A DNA stretch of 64,000 bases from an uncultured delta proteobacterium (GCA_963713045.1 CAVQKE010000001.1:576001-640000), one strand, 5' to 3'. Shown: positions 1 to 10,632, numbered from the stretch's first letter. The notes: a model not told the origin generated them from the letters alone. A program made the numbers and translations.

Positions 1-63
1 CCGTCTTCGGGAAGCTGCAAGGCGGCTGACGTCGGGTGCGGCGGCGCGTTACAGGTACCACCT

Positions 64-489
64 GTGACGGGTCCGACGCCTTCTCAGCGACGCGAGAGCC
101 CCGGCGCGCGTTGGGTGGTGGTGGCTGCCCTGGCGCTGGCCGTGCTGCTCGCTGTCGGCGTGCGGGGACTCCTGTCGGCGCGGGTGGTGCAGAGCCGCGC
201 CATCGCGCTGTTGCAAGCGGGTAAGCCCCTGGAGGCCCTGGACGAGGCCGACACTCGCCTGTCTCAAGACCCGGACGACCCCCACCTTCGCAACGTGGCC
301 GTGGAGGCGGCCAGGCGAGGCGTCGCCCAGCTGCTCAAGACACGGGACGTGGGACAGGTCGCCGACTGGCTGGAGGAGCAGCTCCGGCGACGCCCCTACC
401 TCCGGGCGGCGCTCCAGCCACGGCTGGAGGAACTCCAGGCGGCGGCGCGGGCGGAGAATTCAGCCGGGCAGCGCAGCCAGCCGCGCTAG
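64..489 (+). CDS. Hypothetical membrane-anchored helical (TPR-like) protein
   Basis: 141-aa ORF with an N-terminal hydrophobic helix (WVVVAALALAVLLAVGV) followed by TPR-like helices (AIALLQAGKPLEALDEAD...DPDDP). Confidence 0.5.
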   Translation: MTGPTPSQRRESPGARWVVVAALALAVLLAVGVRGLLSARVVQSRAIALLQAGKPLEALDEADTRLSQDPDDPHLRNVAVEAARRGVAQLLKTRDVGQVADWLEEQLRRRPYLRAALQPRLEELQAAARAENSAGQRSQPR

Positions 490-510
490 CCCAGCCCCCC
501 CAAGGACGCC

Positions 511-780
511 CTACAGCCCCGGCTCCTCGCGGTCGTGTGCGTGGCGAATGGCCCTCCGCAGGGTGTCATCGATGCGGTTCGAATCGACAATGACCTTGCC
601 GTCGTGAATGGCACGGACGGCATGGAAGGGAACGGTCATGTCTCCGGTCCCCTCGACGTTCACCACCAACATCGGGTGCGGGCTGGTCCGAATGTCGCGG
701 ACGGCGCCGAAGGTGGTCCCTCCCTCCTCCAGAAACACCTGGTCTCCGAAGTGCACGTCACTCACTTTGAGGGTCGTCAT
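511..780 (-). CDS. Small hypothetical protein, PRC-barrel-like
   Basis: ATG at 780 gives 89 aa (MTTLKVSDVHFGDQVF...FGAVRDI...VPFHAVRAIHDGKVIVD). The longer ORF-track start overlaps the divergent gene. Confidence 0.6.
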   Translation of the reverse strand: MTTLKVSDVHFGDQVFLEEGGTTFGAVRDIRTSPHPMLVVNVEGTGDMTVPFHAVRAIHDGKVIVDSNRIDDTLRRAIRHAHDREEPGL

Positions 781-835
781 GACGCGTCGGGACGGTAGCG
801 AATCCTTTCCCAGCCGGCTGCGTTGAAAGAGAAGC

Positions 836-3019
836 ATGCGTGCGCTTGCCCGACTCTTTCCGCGCGACCCCCGGGTCCTCCAACTCCTATTCCTTGGCAC
901 TTTCCTGGTGCTCGGGCTCGCCGCGCTGGGCTTCCGGGTTGAGCCGTGGATGCCGCCTCTGCTGGTGGCCACCGCTTGTGGAACGCAGCGCTTGTGCGAG
1001 CGTTTGCTCCACCGGCCCCCGAGCGGCTACCTCTCGCCTCTCATCACCGCGCTTGGGTTGTCTCTGCTTCTGCGCACTGACACCTGGTGGGTCGCACCAC
1101 TGGCGGCGGTGGTCGCCATCTCATCGAAATTCCTCATCCGGGTTCGCGGAAAGCACATCTTCAACCCCGCCAACCTGGGCCTGACGGTGGCCATTCTCCT
1201 CACCGGCCATGCCTGGTGCTCCCCGGCGCAGTGGGGCGAGTGGGGAATTCTGTTGGCCTGGCTCTTCGCCTTGGGCTTGGCGGTCGCTCATCGTGCCTTT
1301 CGCACCGACGTGAGCCTCGCCTTCCTCATCTCCTGGATAGGACTGAAGGGGGCACGGGTGCTCGTCCTCGGGCAGCCGGCGGCGGTGCTGCTGCATCAGC
1401 TCGAGGTGGGAAGCCTCATTCTTTTCACCTTCTTCATGATTTCTGACCCGAAGACCACGCCAGACCGCCGAGGTGGGCGGATTGGCTACGGCGTCGCGGT
1501 GGCGGGACTCGCCTTTTGGCTCCAGCACCAGCTGTGGGTGATGAATTCCCCCATTTGGGCGCTGCTGTTGCTCGCCCCGCTGGTCCCAATCATCGATGGG
1601 CTGTGGCCCGCCACCCCTTTTCAATGGCCCACCGGGCCCTTCACCCAAGGCCGCACCGTGCGTTCCGTCCGCGTCGTCGTTCCGGCAGTCCTCGCCGTTG
1701 TTGCTCTCAGCGCCGTCCCCGCCCACGCCTTCTGCGGCTTCTACGTCGGAAAGGCCGATAGCCAGCTCTTCAATGACGCGTCCCAAGTGGCCCTGGTCCG
1801 TGACGGGGACCGAACGGTGCTCACCATGAGCAACGACTACCAGGGACCGCTGAGCGAGTTTGCCTTGGTGGTCCCGGTGCCCAGCGTGCTGCAGAAAGAG
1901 CAAATCCACATCGGCGACCGAAAGCTTCTGGAGCACCTGGACGCCTACTCGGCTCCCCGGTTGGTCGAGTACTTCGACCCGGACCCGTGCGCCCGCCAAT
2001 ACCCGTATCTGGAAAGTGCGGCGGCGGGCGCCCCCAGCGCGAAGGCGCAGTCGCTGAGGGAGGCGCGCAGCGATGCAGCCCTCGGCATCACCATCGAAGC
2101 CCAGTACACGGTCGGCGAATACGACATTCTTATTCTCTCGGCCAAGGAGTCCTCGGGCCTGGAGACCTGGCTCCGGCAGAATGGCTACCGCATTCCAGAA
2201 AAGGCGTCGGCCGCGCTCCAACCCTACATCCGTCAGGACATGAAGTTTTTCGTGGCCAAAGTGAACCTGGAGCAGCAGGCGAGCACCGGCCTGCAGTACT
2301 TGCGGCCGCTGCAGATTGCGTATGAGTCCAGAAAATTCATGCTTCCCATCCGTCTGGGGATGGCCAACGCCCGCGGCCCCCAGGACATGGTGGTTTACGC
2401 CCTGACCCGCCAGGGGCGCGTGGAGTCGGTCAACTACCGCACCATCCGGGTGCCTTCGGACGTCACCCTTCCTGACTTTGTGAAGGATGAGTTCGGCAGG
2501 TTCTACAAGGCCACCTTCGCCCAGGCGCTGACTCGGGAAGGCAGCAGAGCCCTTTTCACCGAATACAGCTGGAACATGGGCTGGTGTGACCCCTGCGCGG
2601 CGCAGCCCCTGGCCCGGGATGAGCTTCAGCAGCTGGGCGTTTTCTGGCTCGACAACTCCTCTGGCCAGTCCTTTCTCCCGGGCATGAGGCGTCCTGGACC
2701 GGTGGGTGGTGTCAACGTACAGCTGACGCGGCTTCACGTCCGCTACGACGCCGCGCACTTCCCGGAGGACCTGGTCTTCCAGGAGACAGCCGACCGAGGC
2801 AACTTCCAGGCGCGCTACGTCCTCCAGCACGCTTTCAAGGGGGCGATGGACTGCTCAGCGGCGGCCGACTACCGCCGCAGTTTGGTGGAGCGGCACAACA
2901 AGGAAGCGCAGACCCTGGCCGACCTCACCGGCTGGTCGATGGCAGACATTCGCCGGCAGATGGGTTCGGACGCTCCGCCTCCGGCTGACCCGGCCTGGTG
3001 GAAGAGGATTTGGCAATGA
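836..3019 (+). CDS. RnfD/NqrB-like membrane domain fused to a DUF2330 domain
   Basis: N-terminal ~270 aa are polytopic with KHIFNPAN and FFMISDPKTTP motifs (RnfD/NqrB-like). C-terminal part begins AHAFCGFYVGKAD and has APRLVEYFDPDPC and WCDPC motifs (DUF2330). Confidence 0.75.
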   Translation: MRALARLFPRDPRVLQLLFLGTFLVLGLAALGFRVEPWMPPLLVATACGTQRLCERLLHRPPSGYLSPLITALGLSLLLRTDTWWVAPLAAVVAISSKFLIRVRGKHIFNPANLGLTVAILLTGHAWCSPAQWGEWGILLAWLFALGLAVAHRAFRTDVSLAFLISWIGLKGARVLVLGQPAAVLLHQLEVGSLILFTFFMISDPKTTPDRRGGRIGYGVAVAGLAFWLQHQLWVMNSPIWALLLLAPLVPIIDGLWPATPFQWPTGPFTQGRTVRSVRVVVPAVLAVVALSAVPAHAFCGFYVGKADSQLFNDASQVALVRDGDRTVLTMSNDYQGPLSEFALVVPVPSVLQKEQIHIGDRKLLEHLDAYSAPRLVEYFDPDPCARQYPYLESAAAGAPSAKAQSLREARSDAALGITIEAQYTVGEYDILILSAKESSGLETWLRQNGYRIPEKASAALQPYIRQDMKFFVAKVNLEQQASTGLQYLRPLQIAYESRKFMLPIRLGMANARGPQDMVVYALTRQGRVESVNYRTIRVPSDVTLPDFVKDEFGRFYKATFAQALTREGSRALFTEYSWNMGWCDPCAAQPLARDELQQLGVFWLDNSSGQSFLPGMRRPGPVGGVNVQLTRLHVRYDAAHFPEDLVFQETADRGNFQARYVLQHAFKGAMDCSAAADYRRSLVERHNKEAQTLADLTGWSMADIRRQMGSDAPPPADPAWWKRIWQ

Positions 3020-3030
3020 GGGGCCTTCTG

Positions 3031-3834
3031 TCAGTCGAACACCTCCACCACGTCCCCCACCCGCACCGTGCCCACGCCCTGATGGGCAAGGTAACGGCCG
3101 AAAATGACGCCTCCCCGGTCGCGGCGAAAGTTGCCCAGCGTCGCCAAGGGCTCCTTGGCTGAGACTCCGGTGGCCTGGTCGACGGTGGTGATGACGCAGC
3201 GTTCGCAGGACTTAACCACCTGAAACGTCACGCCAGCAATCCGCACGCGCTTCCAGCCGTCTTCGGCAAATTCCGGACAGCCGTCGACGACGAGGTTGGG
3301 CCGAAAGCGGTTCATGGGCACTGCCTCGGCGAGGCGCGCGTTGAGAGCGGCCAGCGAGGCCAGCGAGAGGAGAAGCAGCGGGTAGCCGTCAGGAAAGGCG
3401 ACCTCTGCGCCAGGTGCATGGGCCGCCTCGGCCACCGGACGCTCGAAGCCGGTGCCAATGCGCACCAACCGCACCGGCTGCTGAAGGTACTCGGAGAACC
3501 ACTGCGCGGCGGTCTCGCCCTGGTCGAGGGCGACGCAGGTGTCGTTCCAGATGGACACCGTCCGCGCGGGGCCAGCCCGTCCCGTCGCCGGCAGCTCAAG
3601 CGCTGGCCTGCCCGGAGCGCGGAGCGTCAACAGCTCTTGGCCAAGTGCTGGCTGGACGAGGGCGAGTCGTGGCTGCGTCCGTTGGGAAATGAAGCGGCCG
3701 TCGGCGTCGACCACCATCCAGTTGCGGTCATGCCGGAAGCCCCAGCGGTCCAGGGTGGCTGCGCCCAGTGGAATGCCGCCACAGGACTTCACCGGGTAGA
3801 CGTTGACGTTGACCACACGCAGGGGTGGAGTCAT
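3031..3834 (-). CDS. MOSC domain-containing protein (YcbX/mARC-like)
   Basis: YPVKSC, DRNWMVVD, FPDGYPLLL, RFRPNLVV and CERCVITT motifs. Confidence 0.9.
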   Translation of the reverse strand: MTPPLRVVNVNVYPVKSCGGIPLGAATLDRWGFRHDRNWMVVDADGRFISQRTQPRLALVQPALGQELLTLRAPGRPALELPATGRAGPARTVSIWNDTCVALDQGETAAQWFSEYLQQPVRLVRIGTGFERPVAEAAHAPGAEVAFPDGYPLLLLSLASLAALNARLAEAVPMNRFRPNLVVDGCPEFAEDGWKRVRIAGVTFQVVKSCERCVITTVDQATGVSAKEPLATLGNFRRDRGGVIFGRYLAHQGVGTVRVGDVVEVFD

Positions 3835-3934
3835 CTGGCGGGTCTCGCGTCGGCCTTCTGCCCGTCGGGGCCCCGGCGGGTGCGACGAACGGCCAGGACC
3901 TCGCGACGCGCCGAGCCGGTGACGGCGTGGCTCA

Positions 3935-6155
3935 TCACAAGCCGGGCTGCCTCACCAATGCGGGAATGCCACTCCGCCAGGCTCGGCTGAGCTGAGCCAC
4001 CGTCACATCAAACAGTCCGGGGAGCGTCAGCCGTTCGCCCCCCACCAGCCCCAGCACCGCGCACGGCACGCCTTCGGCGGCGCAGGCCGCCGCCACCTCG
4101 TCCTGAAACGGCGGCGGGAAGGACACCACCACGCGACTCGCGTCTTCACCAAAAAGGTACGCATGGGGTGCCACGCCTTGGAGCGACAGTTGCACCGTAG
4201 CGCCAAGCATGGATTCTTGGTCGGCGATGCAGCACTCGGCCAGTGCGACGGCGAGACCGCCCTCGCTGGCATCGTGGGCACTGGCCAGGGCGCCGGAACC
4301 AACCAGCTGGCGCACCACCTTTTGAAGGCGCCTTTCCCGCTCCGCGTCGAGGCGGGGGGGGCGTCCGGCGAGCCGGTTGTGGAAGGCCAACAGCCACTCA
4401 CTGCCGCCAAGTTCTCCGCGCGTCTCGCCGAGGATGGCGATGAGGTCCCCTGGGCGGCGGAAGGCAAGGCCCACCGTTTTCGTCACGTCCCTCAGCAGCC
4501 CCACCACGGCGACGGTGGGGGTGGGAAGAATCGCCTCGCCATCGGTCTCGTTGTAGAGGCTGACGTTGCCGCTCACCACCGGTACGCCCAGCTCGCGGCA
4601 GGCAGCCGCCAGGCCGCGGGTGGCTTCGGCAAACTGCCACATGATGTCCGGCCGCTCCGGGTTTCCGAAGTTGAGACAATCGGTGAGCCCGAGCGGTTCC
4701 CCACCCCCACAGGCCACGTTGCGCGTGCACTCCGCCACCGCCAGGCGGGCACCTTCATAGGGGTCCAAAAAGACGAAGCGCGCGTTGCAGTCAACGCTGA
4801 GGGCCAAGCCCTTCTCGGTGCGTTCCACCCGCACCACGGCGGCATCTCCCTTCCCGGGCAGGACCGCCGCGCCGAGGCGCACCGTTTGGTCATATTGGCC
4901 GAAGACCCACTCCTTGCTGGCGATGGTGGGCCGGGCGAGCAATCCGAGGAGCGTCTCACCGAGGTCCTTCGGGCCCGGCAGCGACAGCGGGTCGAAGGCT
5001 TGAAGCGCGGGGAGCCAGTCGGGTGCACGGGTGGGACGCTCGTATTGGGGCGCCTGGTCGGTGAGGGGCTTCACCGGCAAGCTAGCCACCTCGCGGCCGT
5101 CGTCGAGAATTCGGAGCGCGGCCGTCGTCGGTGACGCGGCCAATGACCGCCGCATCGAGGTCCCATTTGTGAAAAATGCTGAGGACCTCGGCCTCGTGGC
5201 CCGCTTTGGCGACGAGGAGCATTCGCTCCTGACTTTCGGAGAGCATCACTTCATAGGGCGTCATCCCCTGCTCCCGTCGCGGGACTTTGGCCACGTCGAG
5301 CTCCAGGCCACTTCCTGCCCGGCCGGCCATTTCCACCGAGGAGGACGTCAACCCGGCAGCCCCCATGTCTTGGATGCCCACCAGCGCGTCGGTTTGGAAG
5401 AGCTCCAGGCATGCTTCCAGGAGGAGCTTCTCGGTGAAGGGGTCGCCCACTTGGACGGTCGGTCGCTTGTGCTCCGAGTCCTCGCCGAATTCCGCCGAGG
5501 CCATGGTGGCACCATGGATGCCGTCGCGCCCGGTCTTGCTCCCGACGTAGAGGACGGGGTTTCCGACGCCGCTGGCCGTCCCTTTGAAGATTTTATTCTT
5601 GGGGAGGATGCCAACCGTGAAGGCGTTGACCAGGCAATTGCCGTTGTAGCTCTTGTCGAAAGCGACTTCGCCGCCCACGGTGGGGACGCCGACGCAGTTG
5701 CCGTAGCCGCCAATTCCTCGCACGACGCCCGCCAGGAGCCAGGCCGTCTTGGGGTGCGACGGGTCCCCGAAGCGCAGCGAATTGAGGCTGGCAATGGGCC
5801 TTGCGCCCATGGTGAAGACGTCGCGGAGAATGCCCCCCACGCCGGTGGCAGCCCCCTGGTACGGCTCGATGTAGCTCGGGTGGTTGTGGCTCTCCATCTT
5901 GAAGGCCGCCGCCATGCCGTCCCCAATGTCCACCACACCGGCGTTCTCGCCCGGCCCAAGCAGAACGTGGGGTCCGGTGGTGGGCAACCCTTTCAGGTAG
6001 CGACGCGAGGACTTGTAGGAGCAGTGCTCGCTCCACATCACCGAGAAGATGCCGAGCTCGAGCAGGTTGGGTTCCCGCCCCAACTGCTGGCCGATGAGGG
6101 CGTACTCTGCCGAGGTCAACCCGTGCTGTGAAATGACGTCGGCAGAATGGGCCAT
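3935..6155 (-). CDS. purL: Phosphoribosylformylglycinamidine synthase subunit PurL; one +1 frameshift near 5117
   Basis: [18 protein letters not shown] and DMGAAGL in the 5' frame; DCLNFGNPE and [10 protein letters not shown] in the 3' frame. The frames join at [18 protein letters not shown] if one extra base is removed. Adjacent to purQ and purS. Confidence 0.93.
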
Positions 6156-6160
6156 CCGAG

Positions 6161-6820
6161 TCAGGCTCCCAGCAGGGCCAGAAAGACGGCGCGGCCGTCG
6201 AGGTTTCCAAGCAGCGTTTCCGAATTGCGCTCCGGATGGGGCATCAACCCGAGCACATTCCCTTGCGCATTCACGACGCCGGCAATGCCGGCGAGCGAGC
6301 CGTTGGGGTTTTCGTCGACGTAACGAAAGGCCACTTGACCGCCATCCTCCAGCCGCCGGCGACCCTCCTCGTCAATAAAGTAACGGCCGTCCATGTGGGC
6401 GATGGGAAGGCGGAAGCTCGCCGTGCGAGACAACCCCTGGGTGAAGCGGTTGGCGCGTCCCTCGGTGCGCACCAGGACGTTGCGGCACAGGAAGTGTTGT
6501 CCGGCATTCTGGAGAAGGACGCCAGGGAGCAGCCCCGCCTCGGTCAATATTTGAAAGCCGTTGCAGATGCCCAGCACCGGGCCGCCCTTTTTGGCAAAGG
6601 CCGCCACCTCCTCCATCACCGGGGAGAAACGGGCGATGGCTCCGCACCGCAGGTAGTCGCCGTAGCTGAATCCCCCAGGGAGGATAAGGTAGTCGCTGCC
6701 GTGGAGGTCGCGGTCTTTGTGCCAGAGGAGCCGCGCCTCGCGCCCGAGGACGTCCCGCACGACATGCAGGGTGTCGTCGTCGCAGTTGCTCCCGGGGAAG
6801 ACGACGACGCCGACCTTCAT
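6161..6820 (-). CDS. purQ: FGAM synthase glutaminase subunit PurQ
   Basis: [29 protein letters not shown] and GLMPHPER motifs. Confidence 0.97.
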   Translation of the reverse strand: MKVGVVVFPGSNCDDDTLHVVRDVLGREARLLWHKDRDLHGSDYLILPGGFSYGDYLRCGAIARFSPVMEEVAAFAKKGGPVLGICNGFQILTEAGLLPGVLLQNAGQHFLCRNVLVRTEGRANRFTQGLSRTASFRLPIAHMDGRYFIDEEGRRRLEDGGQVAFRYVDENPNGSLAGIAGVVNAQGNVLGLMPHPERNSETLLGNLDGRAVFLALLGA

Positions 6821-6823
6821 GCG

Positions 6824-7066
6824 TTAGCTCGCGAACTCCACCCGGTAATTCTCCACCACGGTGTTGGCGAGCAGCTTCTGGCACATCTCCTCGACACGGA
6901 CCCGGGCGGCGTCCGGGTCCCCATCCGGAAGCTGCACCTCGACGTACTTGCCAAGACGGACCGAGCGCACGTCGGGAAAGCCCAAGGTGTGGAGCGAATT
7001 CTCCACCGCCTTCCCTGCCGGGTCGAGGACGCCAAGCTTGAGCGTGATGTAGACCCGCGCCACCAT
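6824..7066 (-). CDS. purS: FGAM synthase subunit PurS
   Basis: 80 aa with VLDPAGKAV, VRLGKY and LLANTVVENY; first gene of purSQL. Confidence 0.95.
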   Translation of the reverse strand: MVARVYITLKLGVLDPAGKAVENSLHTLGFPDVRSVRLGKYVEVQLPDGDPDAARVRVEEMCQKLLANTVVENYRVEFAS

Positions 7067-7308
7067 GCCCCCTGGCCTCTATCAAGCGCAGCGCGGAGCG
7101 TCCACCCGAGGCAGCTCGGCCGAAATGGCCGGGGCGATGGCGTCCCAAAGCATCAGCCCAAGGTGGTGCCGGTCGGCCCCAGCGCAGCCTCGGGCCGCCT
7201 TCATGAAGCGGTGCCACCGCCGGTTTTCGGACACCACGAATCTTGTAACTTCAATGACTTAAGTCGGTTGAGAGCGCGCCGGCCCCGCCCCGCGGTAGAC
7301 AGGTGGGG

Positions 7309-8640
7309 ATGCCGTCTTGGGCGCTGTGGCTCGGCTGTTTCGGGCTCCTCTTGGTGCGGGCGCTCCTGGGTGCGGCCGACGCCGCGCTTTCCGGCATTTC
7401 CGACCTCCGCGCGCACGAGTTGGCGACGGAATTCGGCCGCCGGGGCGCGCGCGTGCTGAAGCTGAAGACCGAGCGGGAGGCCACCGCCGCGGCGCTGCGG
7501 ATGGGGATGGTGCTGAGCGGCTTTCTGGCAGCCGGCGTCGGGGCACTGGCGCCCCCTTCGATGGTGCACCTCGAGCGATTCGGCGAATCCGCCTGGCTGA
7601 GCCTCGGCGCGCCCCTGCTCGGCGTGCTGTTGGTGGGGCTTCTGGCAACCCTGGTGGAAGTGACTGCAAGGGCGGTGGCCTCGAGCGCTCCAGAAACGTG
7701 GGCCATGCGGCTGGCGGGCATCACCAGCGCCTTCGCGGCGGTTCTCGGCCCCATCGGCCGCGGCATGCTGGTCGCCGTGAACCTGTTGGCCGCTCCCTTT
7801 GGGCTGCGGGTCCAATTCGAGAGGCCTCCGCCTCCGCTCGAGGAACTCGAAAGAATGCTCACCGTACAGGCGGAGCAACATGAGGTGGATGCCAGCGCGC
7901 CGCGCCTCATCCGCAGTATTTTTGAGCTCTCCGACAAGGTGTGCCGGGACGTGATGGTACCGCGCACCGACGTGGTGGCGGTGCCGGTGACCACGCCGCC
8001 GCTCGAGGTGCTGCGCACCTTGGCCGAGGAGAACCACAGCCGACTCCCGGTCTTCAAGGACGACATCGACCACGTGGTGGGCGTGCTGCATTCGCGAGAC
8101 TTGGTGCCGCTGCTCCAGCACCCGGAGCTGATTGTGCTGTCCGACATCATCCGGCCAGCCGTCTTCGTGCCCTGGCTGAAGCCGGTGGGCGACCTGCTCA
8201 GGGAAATGCAGGGACGCCGCATCCACATGGCGATGGTGGTGGATGAGTACGGCGGCTTCATGGGCATCGTCACGCTGGAAGACATCCTGCGAGAGATTGT
8301 GGGCGACATCGGCGATGAGTTTGAGGTGCAGGAAACGCTGCTCGAGAGGCAGCCCGACGGCTCCTGCCTGGTGGATGCCGGGCTGGATGTGGAGTCCTTC
8401 GCCCGTGCCTTCGGGACGCCCCTGCCGGAGGGGGACTACGGCACCCTGGGGGGGTACTTGAGCTCGGTGGCGGGCGCCATTCCGGAAGTGGGCGACCGCT
8501 TCACCCTGGACGGCCTGCAATTCACCGTCGCCTCGAAGAAGGGCCAGCGCCTGGACCGAGTCCGCGTTGCGCGCGCGAAGGCAACGGCCGGTGCAAGCGC
8601 AGTGGCCAGCGCAGGGGGCGAAGCGAAAAGCGCAGGCTAG
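7309..8640 (+). CDS. Hemolysin/CNNM (DUF21)-CBS-CorC family membrane protein
   Basis: N-terminal TM domain, CBS pair (DVMVPRTDV, HSRLPVF, HMAMVVDEYGG, TLEDILREIVGDIGDE) and CorC_HlyC C-terminus (YGTLGGYL). Confidence 0.9.
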   Translation: MPSWALWLGCFGLLLVRALLGAADAALSGISDLRAHELATEFGRRGARVLKLKTEREATAAALRMGMVLSGFLAAGVGALAPPSMVHLERFGESAWLSLGAPLLGVLLVGLLATLVEVTARAVASSAPETWAMRLAGITSAFAAVLGPIGRGMLVAVNLLAAPFGLRVQFERPPPPLEELERMLTVQAEQHEVDASAPRLIRSIFELSDKVCRDVMVPRTDVVAVPVTTPPLEVLRTLAEENHSRLPVFKDDIDHVVGVLHSRDLVPLLQHPELIVLSDIIRPAVFVPWLKPVGDLLREMQGRRIHMAMVVDEYGGFMGIVTLEDILREIVGDIGDEFEVQETLLERQPDGSCLVDAGLDVESFARAFGTPLPEGDYGTLGGYLSSVAGAIPEVGDRFTLDGLQFTVASKKGQRLDRVRVARAKATAGASAVASAGGEAKSAG

Positions 8641-8712
8641 CCGCCGCAACCCCCGAGGGCCGTCGGCCAGAAAAAGCCCTGGTCCCCCGGCTCCCCTTGC
8701 CCAAGGGGGCCT

Positions 8713-9630
8713 TCAGCGGCCGAGGAGCGGGTTGAGGGACTCCACCGAGAGTGGCCAACCGTTGCGCTGGGCGGACACCTGCAACGCGCGCATGAAGTCC
8801 GAGGCCGACTGAAACCGCCGGGCTCGGTCGGCGAACAGGCTCTGGCGTACCACCCGCACCAAATAGTCGGGAAGTCCGGTGCGCACCGTGTCCAGCACCG
8901 GCACGCGCGCGTCGCGGACGCGGTGAAGCAGCTCCACGTCGCTTTTGCCCGAAAAGAGGCGTCGGTTGGCGAGCAGCTCCCAGAGGAGAACGCCCGCCGA
9001 GTAGAGGTCGCTCCGCGCGTCCGCCGCCTCGCCCAGCACCTGTTCCGGACTCATGTAAGCAATGGTGCCGCGCAGCGCACCGCTTTCGCCTCGGGGCTGG
9101 CCCTCGAATTCGGCGACGCCGAAGTCGGTCAGCTTGACGTCGCCGGCCACGCTGAGCAGAACGTTGGCGGGGTTCACGTCGCGGTGGAAAATGGGCACCG
9201 CCGGTGTGGCGTCCGCACCCCGGTGCAAATAGTCCAGCGCATCGAGGACGCACCACACCACATAGCCGGCCGCGGGAACCGGCATCGGCGTGCCGGCGTC
9301 AATCAGCAGCTGGAGGAAGTACGCCAGGCTCCGGCCGGGCACCAGCTCCTGCACCATCAGGTAGTCCTGCCCGGCTTTGAAACAGCGGAAGGTGCGGACC
9401 AGGTGCGGGTGCTGAAGGCGCACCGCCAACTTCGCCTCGTCGATGAAGTGCTTCACGTAGCCGCCGTCGTTGCGGTAACTGGGCAACAGGCGCTTCAGCA
9501 CCACCTCATCTGGCTCGCCCTCGCTGCGCTGCGTGCCGGGCAGCGCGCGCGCTTGGTAGACCTCGGCCATTCCGCCGACGGCGAGGCGACCGACAATCTC
9601 ATAGCCCCCGAGCTCCCGTTCCAGCGGCAC
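8713..9630 (-). CDS. Serine/threonine protein kinase (kinase domain only)
   Basis: LAVGGMAEVY, VLKRLL, HRDVNPAN, LTDFG, YMSPEQ and DLYSAG motifs. Confidence 0.92.
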   Translation of the reverse strand: MPLERELGGYEIVGRLAVGGMAEVYQARALPGTQRSEGEPDEVVLKRLLPSYRNDGGYVKHFIDEAKLAVRLQHPHLVRTFRCFKAGQDYLMVQELVPGRSLAYFLQLLIDAGTPMPVPAAGYVVWCVLDALDYLHRGADATPAVPIFHRDVNPANVLLSVAGDVKLTDFGVAEFEGQPRGESGALRGTIAYMSPEQVLGEAADARSDLYSAGVLLWELLANRRLFSGKSDVELLHRVRDARVPVLDTVRTGLPDYLVRVVRQSLFADRARRFQSASDFMRALQVSAQRNGWPLSVESLNPLLGR

Positions 9631-9696
9631 GCAAATATCCTACCGCGGGCGGGCTCACTCTCGGAGGTTCTTGCCCGTTCCGGGGGCCGGCGCCGC

Positions 9697-10632
9697 CTAG
9701 GACTCGCGGCCGCTGGAGCCTCCGCTCGTCTTCAAGACGTTCATGGCGAGCGCAATCATCGAGCCGACGTCGGCGGCATTGGCCGGAAGCACCAAGGTGT
9801 TGGTCGACTTGGCCAGTTCGCCGAATTTACTGACGTACTGCTCGGCCACCCGCAGTCGAACCGCCTCGAAGCCGCCCGGGACGGTGATTGCATCTCCGAC
9901 TTTGCGAATTCCCTCGGCGGTCGCCTCGGCGATGGACAGAATGGCGCGGGCCGAACCTTCGGCCTCGTTGATGGACTGCTGCTTCTTGGCCTCCGAGGCC
10001 TTGATGACTTGCTGCTTCTCGCCCTCGGCGTTGTTGATGGCCGCGTCGCGTGCGCCTTCCGAGGTGAGGATGACAGCGCGCTTTTCGCGCTCGGCCCTCA
10101 TTTGCTTTTCCATCGCCGCCAGCACATCCCGGGGCGGGGTGATGTTCTTGATTTCGTAGCGCAGCACCTTCACGCCCCAAGGCTCGGACGCCTTGTCCAA
10201 TTCGCTGACCACCATGCTGTTGATGTGGGTCCGCTCCTCGAAGGTGCGGTCGAGCTCGATTTTGCCCACCTCGCTGCGGAGGTTGGTTTGGGCCAGCTGG
10301 CTGATGGCGAACAGGTACTGCGACACGCCGTAGGAGGCCCGTTCGGCATCCATCACCTTCAGGTAGAGAACGCCATCCACCGCCACCTGGACGTTGTCTC
10401 GGGTGATGCAAATCTGCTCCGGAATGTCGACCGCGGTCTCCTTCAGCGAATGCCGGTAGCGAATGGCGTCGGCAAACGGGAGGAGCACATGAAAGCCCGC
10501 GCCGAGGGTGTTGTGGTACTTCCCCAGTCGCTCAACGACGTAGGCCTGCTGCTGCGGCACCACCACCGCCGTCCTGGCGACGACGAGCAACACCACCACC
10601 GCCACTGCGGCCACCACCAGCAGTCCAGTCAT
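9697..10632 (-). CDS. SPFH/stomatin-like (band 7) protein
   Basis: VVERLGKY, ITRDNV, WGVKVLRYEIK and MEKQMRAEREKRA motifs; its ATG overlaps the upstream NfeD stop (ATGA). Confidence 0.93.
   Translation of the reverse strand: MTGLLVVAAVAVVVLLVVARTAVVVPQQQAYVVERLGKYHNTLGAGFHVLLPFADAIRYRHSLKETAVDIPEQICITRDNVQVAVDGVLYLKVMDAERASYGVSQYLFAISQLAQTNLRSEVGKIELDRTFEERTHINSMVVSELDKASEPWGVKVLRYEIKNITPPRDVLAAMEKQMRAEREKRAVILTSEGARDAAINNAEGEKQQVIKASEAKKQQSINEAEGSARAILSIAEATAEGIRKVGDAITVPGGFEAVRLRVAEQYVSKFGELAKSTNTLVLPANAADVGSMIALAMNVLKTSGGSSGRES

Noticed and set aside
5082..5155. Programmed ribosomal frameshifting in purL and the other split genes
   Set aside because: No slippery heptamer seen, no precedent known to me for these genes, and scattered single indels fit sequencing error better.
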